A stretch of DNA of 64,000 bases, taken from assembly GCA_958295675.1 (NCBI GenBank), contig OY282360.1, forward strand, positions 52,133 to 116,132, written 5' to 3'. Below, piece by piece: positions 59,119 to 64,000 of this stretch. The DNA is from Minisyncoccota bacterium. Lineage in GTDB: Bacteria > Patescibacteriota > Minisyncoccia > Phycocordibacterales > JABAAK01. A program made the position numbers and the translations under genes. The notes below the pieces were generated by a model. That model did no database searches. It saw nothing but the letters and a program-made list of their open reading frames with translations, and had not been told where the DNA came from. Each line of letters starts with the position of its first letter. The stretch's first letter is position 1.

Positions 59119-60627
59119 ATGCTTCGCCTATTTATTGCGTCAATTTCAATTGCTTTTGTAATCGGCTGTATCATAGCGTACAGTATTGTCCCGCAATCGT
59201 TCTACATTGCGACCGCAATATCAGTAATAGCGGTAGTCATGTTCATATTTCGCAGGAGCGGCATAGCAGTTCTTGTATGTGTGTCGCTCATCGCTCTGCT
59301 TCTGGGCATGCTGCGTGTAGAACATTTAGAACAGATGCAGGTGGATGATTGGCAATCACTGTACGGCACAGAAGTATTGATTTCAGGGAAGGTGATAGGG
59401 GATATAGAACAGCGAGAATCCAGCAGTAGATTTGTGGTGGAGATACAGACATTAAAAACAGAACATGGTGAAATACTGCATCCGGATGGATCAGTTCTAT
59501 TATATGAACCATATCCGACAATGTGTGTTACAGGAGAAGAGATGTCCGCAGCAATACGGCTTCAGGAACCGGAGGATTTTTTGACAGAAGCAAATAGAAT
59601 CTTTCGCTACAAACAGTACCTCCGTCTGTTTGATATATACGCCACATCTTTTATACGGGAGAGCGGATGCGCAGGTAATTCAGAGCATACGGACATATTT
59701 GCCGCACTTCGTAAGCGTTTTATGGAAGCAATACACAGTGTGCTGCCGGTGCAGGAGGCATCACTCCTTGGCGGTCTTTTGCTCGGTCTGCGCGGATCGC
59801 TCTCAGATGAGATAATGGAGATATTCAGAGTTACCGGATTAATACATATTATTGTGCTTTCAGGATACAATATCACACTTGTTGCCGAGGCAGTCCGCCG
59901 TGTATTTGCTCGGACACCACGAATGATGTCGCTCATCATGTCACTTATTACTATCATTGCGTTTGTGCTGCTTGCCGGTGCGCAGACGGCAGCGGTACGC
60001 GCTGGCAGTATGGCAACTATTGCACTTGTTGCTCGAGCGAATTTTAGAGAGTATGACGGCGTCAGAATCCTATTGCTCGTCGGTGCACTAATGGTGCTAT
60101 ACAATCCGGATCAGATACTATTCAGCACTTCATTTCATATGTCATTCCTCGCCACTCTCGGTTTGCTCATTTTTTCTCCGGCGTTTGAGAACATGCTCAC
60201 AGGAATAACAGAACGATTTCAAATACGCAACATCATTGCTGCAACACTCGCGACACAGATTTTTCTGTTGCCGTATTTAGCGTATTCAATCGGAGAAGTG
60301 TCAATCATCGGCATTCTTGCGAATATTTTAGTGCTGCCGCTTGTGCCGGTGGCAATGGCGCTCGGCGCGCTGCTCATTGTTATAGCAATTATCGCGCCAT
60401 TTGCAGCGGCTGCTGTTGCGCCGGCGGCATATTTACCGCTCGCCGCTATTATTTGGATTGCCGACATGCTCGCGGTGCCGTTTGCGGTGTTCACACTGCC
60501 GAAAATTTCCGCGGTAACTATGCTGATCGCCGTCGCTGTTTTAGCGTACATAGGACTTAAAAGTAGTAAGGATAGCAGAGAAAAGTCGTATAGCAACAAA
60601 CATCTCTATAGTAATGATGATGGCTGA
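59119..60627 (+). CDS. comEC: ComEC/Rec2 competence channel, membrane core only (no fused MBL domain)
   Basis: ~10 TM segments; conserved competence-domain region LLAGAQTAAVRAGSMATIALVARANFR; ends without beta-lactamase domain. Confidence 0.8.
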   Translation: MLRLFIASISIAFVIGCIIAYSIVPQSFYIATAISVIAVVMFIFRRSGIAVLVCVSLIALLLGMLRVEHLEQMQVDDWQSLYGTEVLISGKVIGDIEQRESSSRFVVEIQTLKTEHGEILHPDGSVLLYEPYPTMCVTGEEMSAAIRLQEPEDFLTEANRIFRYKQYLRLFDIYATSFIRESGCAGNSEHTDIFAALRKRFMEAIHSVLPVQEASLLGGLLLGLRGSLSDEIMEIFRVTGLIHIIVLSGYNITLVAEAVRRVFARTPRMMSLIMSLITIIAFVLLAGAQTAAVRAGSMATIALVARANFREYDGVRILLLVGALMVLYNPDQILFSTSFHMSFLATLGLLIFSPAFENMLTGITERFQIRNIIAATLATQIFLLPYLAYSIGEVSIIGILANILVLPLVPVAMALGALLIVIAIIAPFAAAAVAPAAYLPLAAIIWIADMLAVPFAVFTLPKISAVTMLIAVAVLAYIGLKSSKDSREKSYSNKHLYSNDDG

Positions 60628-60746
60628 CCTATTGCAAAGATAATAAGCAGGAGAATAAGAAGCGGAATCCACATATTTCCGCCGCCATTGCTTGGTTTGT
60701 CTGCCATACACCGCTTAGTATACCAGTTGCTGTAAAATATACATGT

Positions 60747-61409
60747 ATGTATGAGACACATTTTCTGAAAGATGACGGCAGATTGTCTGCTGAAACAAAA
60801 GCACACATAGAGACGGTAGTCGGAGAAGGGTACGGCAAAGTACACACAACCCTCAACTTGATTGACTGCAACATCTTTTTTATTATCAGTGAGAAAAGAA
60901 TATTGCCGGGAGAATGTTTTCAGGAGTCACCATGCGATCATGATTCCTTATATATGTTTATTGACTGCGGTATAGAGAAGAGATTGGAAGATAATCAACA
61001 ATATGTCACAGACAACCTTATTGACCACCTGTTCGGCGGTCTGTACGCGACTGCACGAGCAAAAAATATAGGCCTTACTGCCGAGTGCGGTCTGATAGAG
61101 GAAATTATCAGTGAAGGTTTTTCCGGTCATTTTATAGCGGAACAGAACGGCGGACAGGTAAAGCCGTACTATACCAATTTACAAAAAAATGAAATTGCAT
61201 CACTGTGGCGGCACGTAATTGATGAAGGTGCGGTGAACAATACGGATATTGAAAAATGGTATTGGGGCAGCGATAAGGAAAAAATACCACCTCTTGCCGC
61301 GCTATCACTCGGTTATGCCGCAGTAAACAGCTATCTGCGACAAATAAAAAGAGACAGTGGTGTAGGACTCACAACACCGGCAGGGCGTGTCGTTGCGACA
61401 ATTCGTTAA
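60747..61409 (+). CDS. Hypothetical protein
   Basis: 220 aa; no recognisable motif. Confidence 0.5.
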   Translation: MYETHFLKDDGRLSAETKAHIETVVGEGYGKVHTTLNLIDCNIFFIISEKRILPGECFQESPCDHDSLYMFIDCGIEKRLEDNQQYVTDNLIDHLFGGLYATARAKNIGLTAECGLIEEIISEGFSGHFIAEQNGGQVKPYYTNLQKNEIASLWRHVIDEGAVNNTDIEKWYWGSDKEKIPPLAALSLGYAAVNSYLRQIKRDSGVGLTTPAGRVVATIR

Positions 61410-61996
61410 CGCGCGACAAATGTATCCTCAACAGTTTTCCAATTCACTGCCTGTAAGTATGCGTCAACATAACTCCCTTTTTCAGCCGGCACATAATCCA
61501 AAAGATACGCATGCTCCCACATATCAACCGCAAGCACCACAGGAAGATTTACATTACCGAGTTCGTGGTCGGACACCCACACAATATGCAGAGTTTCTTT
61601 CTCTTTATCATGGACGACAAGCACCCAACCGATACCACGCATCACCTCCGCGGTCTTTTTTACCCCATTGACAAAACCATCAAATGATCCGAATTGTTTA
61701 ATAACCTGTGCGTGAAGCGGACTTCCTTCAGTGCATGCGGACGGTCCGTTTTCCAAAGCACTGAAAAAACACTCATGATTTAGAACACCGGCGAGTTCAA
61801 AACCAATCCGCCTTGTCACCGCAGAAAGCACTGTCGGATCTCCGGGACCTTTTTCACACAATGAACGGAGTGCGGTATAGTGTGCGTTCAAATTTTTCAC
61901 ATACCCGGCATATAATCCGAGATGAATCTCCATCGCCTTTTCAGAAATGCCGTCCACTTTCGGAATAGAGAATGTTTTTACCTCATATTGTTTCAT
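61406..61996 (-). CDS. sodA: Superoxide dismutase (Fe/Mn family)
   Basis: Metal ligands in HLGLY…, DMWEHAYLLDY signature near C-terminus. Confidence 0.9.
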   Translation of the reverse strand: MKQYEVKTFSIPKVDGISEKAMEIHLGLYAGYVKNLNAHYTALRSLCEKGPGDPTVLSAVTRRIGFELAGVLNHECFFSALENGPSACTEGSPLHAQVIKQFGSFDGFVNGVKKTAEVMRGIGWVLVVHDKEKETLHIVWVSDHELGNVNLPVVLAVDMWEHAYLLDYVPAEKGSYVDAYLQAVNWKTVEDTFVAR

Positions 61997-62050
61997 GCGA
62001 AGACAGTGTACCACATACCAGCACCATAAAAACTTGCGGTATGATATTAT

Positions 62051-62941
62051 TTGATGAATTTTCGTATCGTACTTCTGATACAGATAATCCTCGTTCTACT
62101 CATCGGCTACTGGTGGTACACATTGGTGGTGGTGTCACTGCGCGCCGATACTGACGAGGTACGGGTACATTTTTTGAATGTCGGGCAGGGTGATGCTGTA
62201 CTTATTGAAACAAGCAATACAGGACAGATACTTATTGACGCAGGACGGGGTATTAAAGTGTTGGATGAATTGGATAACATACTGCCGATGCATGACAGAG
62301 AGATTGAGATTGTGGTGATGACACATCCGGATGCCGACCATGTGGGCGGGTTTATTCCGGTTTTTAGGCAGTACGATACAAATACAATCATCAGGTCTTT
62401 TGTTGAGTCAAAGACAAGTGTGTGGAAAAAAGTAAAGGAGGAAATACAGAAAGAATTGAAAGATGGCGCGAAGGAGCATGTTATTACCCGCGCGTACTCA
62501 TTCTCACTGAACGGCGCGAAGTTTGATATATTGTGGCCGTTAAATGAAGAGGTGAAAGAAACAAACGCCGCATCAGTTATTCTCCTAATGACCTATGGTG
62601 ATAACAAAGTGCTGCTCACCGGAGATGCAAACATGGCGGTTGAAGATAAAATGGTCAGTATTTTTGGCGGACTGATTGAGGATGTAGATATATTGAAAGC
62701 AGGGCACCATGGATCAAAAACATCAACATCTGCGTTATTTTTGAATCATACAAAACCGAATGCAATTGTATATTCAGCATCTGAACATAATCGGTACGGA
62801 CATCCGCACGACATAGTGCGTGAACGCGTGCTTGTTTACAGTGAGCATCATCCGGAACAGCAATTACAGGAGTATGAGACAAAGGATGGCGCAATTTCAT
62901 TCTGTCTGAGCAGAACAATATTCAAAGAGTGTGACGCATGA
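62051..62941 (+). CDS. ComEC-associated metallo-beta-lactamase-fold protein (stand-alone MBL domain with N-terminal TM)
   Basis: HFLNVGQGDAVLIE and MTHPDADHVGG (HxHxDH) motifs typical of the ComEC C-terminal MBL domain; N-terminal TM. Confidence 0.75.
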   Translation: MMNFRIVLLIQIILVLLIGYWWYTLVVVSLRADTDEVRVHFLNVGQGDAVLIETSNTGQILIDAGRGIKVLDELDNILPMHDREIEIVVMTHPDADHVGGFIPVFRQYDTNTIIRSFVESKTSVWKKVKEEIQKELKDGAKEHVITRAYSFSLNGAKFDILWPLNEEVKETNAASVILLMTYGDNKVLLTGDANMAVEDKMVSIFGGLIEDVDILKAGHHGSKTSTSALFLNHTKPNAIVYSASEHNRYGHPHDIVRERVLVYSEHHPEQQLQEYETKDGAISFCLSRTIFKECDA

Positions 62942-62946
62942 AAGAT

Positions 62947-63189
62947 TTAAATAATCCGAGCACTGCGAAGACCTTTTTCAACTCCTTGCTTCTTCAAAAC
63001 ACGCAATCCCTTCGGTGTTAACGCGACTTTGACTGATTTGCCGAGCGACGGTATAAATATCTTCTTTTTTTGCAGGTTTATCTGCTTTCGAACCTTGCCA
63101 GTCGGATTAAACTTAGTCGCGCGGGTACGATTACTATACCCGCCTCCGACGGTTCCGGTCTTTTGTGTAATCGGACAGATTTTTGCCAT
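62947..63189 (-). CDS. rpmB: 50S ribosomal protein L28
   Basis: 80 aa basic protein MAKICPITQKTGTVGGGYSNRTRATKFNPTGKVRK…. Confidence 0.75.
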   Translation of the reverse strand: MAKICPITQKTGTVGGGYSNRTRATKFNPTGKVRKQINLQKKKIFIPSLGKSVKVALTPKGLRVLKKQGVEKGLRSARII

Positions 63190-63325
63190 ACAGCACATAC
63201 TGTACCATACAGGTATCGCAAACCGCAACAAATCAGCGGATCACTCTTAAACGCAAAAATTTATAATATATCCTTTCGTACACTGCACAGAGAAACCACA
63301 TCTATGCTGTGGTCCGTCTAAAAGC

Positions 63326-63673
63326 TTATGTATCAGACCAAACAGCAAGTTCATTGCCGAATGGATCGCGGAAATGAAAGCGCCGCCCACCGGGAAATGA
63401 AAATATCTCTCTTAAAATAGTGCCACCCGCTTTTTGAACCGACATCGCACTTTCTTCTAAATTGTGTGAGTAGAGCACAACAAGCACACCGCCTTCCCGC
63501 ACCTCGGCGGTCTGAGTAAAACCACCAATCTCTTTATCACGACCTTTGATGCCGACATAGGTTGAGGAATAATCCGTGAATTCCCAATCAAACGCTTTGC
63601 TATAAAAATGTTTTGCCTCGGCGATATTAGTCACACTGAATTCAATATAATCAACTTCGTGATGTATATGCAT
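63326..63673 (-). CDS. Glyoxalase/bleomycin-resistance (VOC) family protein
   Basis: 115 aa; paired beta-alpha-beta-beta-beta modules (VDYIEFSVTNIAEAKHFY … HFRDPFGNELAVW). Confidence 0.7.
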   Translation of the reverse strand: MHIHHEVDYIEFSVTNIAEAKHFYSKAFDWEFTDYSSTYVGIKGRDKEIGGFTQTAEVREGGVLVVLYSHNLEESAMSVQKAGGTILREIFSFPGGRRFHFRDPFGNELAVWSDT

Positions 63674-64000
63674 ATATGCAGCATAACCCGCAGAATATCT
63701 AGCGAATGATATACAATAGTATATATGGTTCAACATCTAAAAAATTGGATTTTCAACAGATTTTTTAATATTCCAAACGGCAATAGATGGTTCTCCGGTA
63801 GATTTTTAGCGGTAAACTTTATCTCAATTATTCTTGTGATTCTATATGCCATAATTGTCGGCATCATCCCTCTGTGGTTAGATAGATTGCTGACCAATCT
63901 TTTTATACTCGTATGGTTTTTGATTGCGCTCAGATATATCGTGCAGGCAATCCGAATGCGAAAAATACTTGATACTGCCGGTGTGGTGTTTATTACACTT

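Noticed and set aside
60606-60845. 79-aa minus-strand ORF after comEC containing a plausible 33-aa micro-membrane protein (MADKPSNGGGNMWIPLLILLLIIFAIG…)
   Set aside because: Too short to support from sequence alone; overlaps comEC 3' end; left unannotated.
1-64000. Alternative genetic code (UGA recoding) as in some CPR lineages
   Set aside because: All recognisable genes are full length with TGA/TAA/TAG as stops in the standard-code ORF track; no in-frame TGA needed except the single TAA in VirB4.

Overview
This 64 kb window looks like the replication-origin-proximal region of a small, low-GC bacterial chromosome. Short genes, frequent 4-nt start/stop overlaps, a class I LysRS, a Gram-positive-type conjugation-like cluster (PrgI/VirB4/VirB6), a type IV pilin and ComEC together suggest a Patescibacteria/CPR-like organism, though that placement is inference. 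ORFs are long under the standard code, so there is no sign of UGA recoding.

Core genes read from the sequence:
- ruvC, a class A PBP, dnaN, dnaA, then divergently rpmH-rnpA-yidC
- ksgA, uvrD/pcrA, comM, pnp, rpsO, xerC/D-like, xth, cca, tRNA-Arg, class I lysK
- nusA, ppa, tig-clpP, hup, tpiA-pgk, a HIT protein, recJ, comEC (split), sodA, rpmB

Accessory content:
1. A ~14 kb co-directional type IV secretion-like operon (7.6-21.6 kb). It has a VirB4 ATPase interrupted by a single in-frame TAA, PrgI/VirB3-like and VirB6-like proteins, a candidate VirB2-like pilin, and several secreted proteins including an 833 aa protein built from 82 aa Cys-rich tandem repeats.
2. A ~5 kb markedly AT-rich cassette (38.5-44.0 kb) carrying an NPPF DNA methyltransferase translationally coupled to a DUF262(DGQQR)+HNH nuclease, a 490 aa protein with a C-terminal PD-(D/E)xK-like motif and a 304 aa unknown. 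It is bounded by ~130-nt imperfect inverted repeats and abuts tRNA-Gly(TCC).
3. A tRNA-punctuated segment (44-49 kb) with tRNA-Gly x2 and tRNA-Pro x2, a superinfection-immunity-like protein, a YraN-like nuclease and an MGMT-like protein.
4. The most striking item: 13 perfect copies of the 16-bp parS consensus TGTTTCACGTGAAACA inside six identical 107-bp tandem units (47.2-47.9 kb), with further copies in the adjacent YraN-like gene and in tpiA. No parA/parB is visible in the window.
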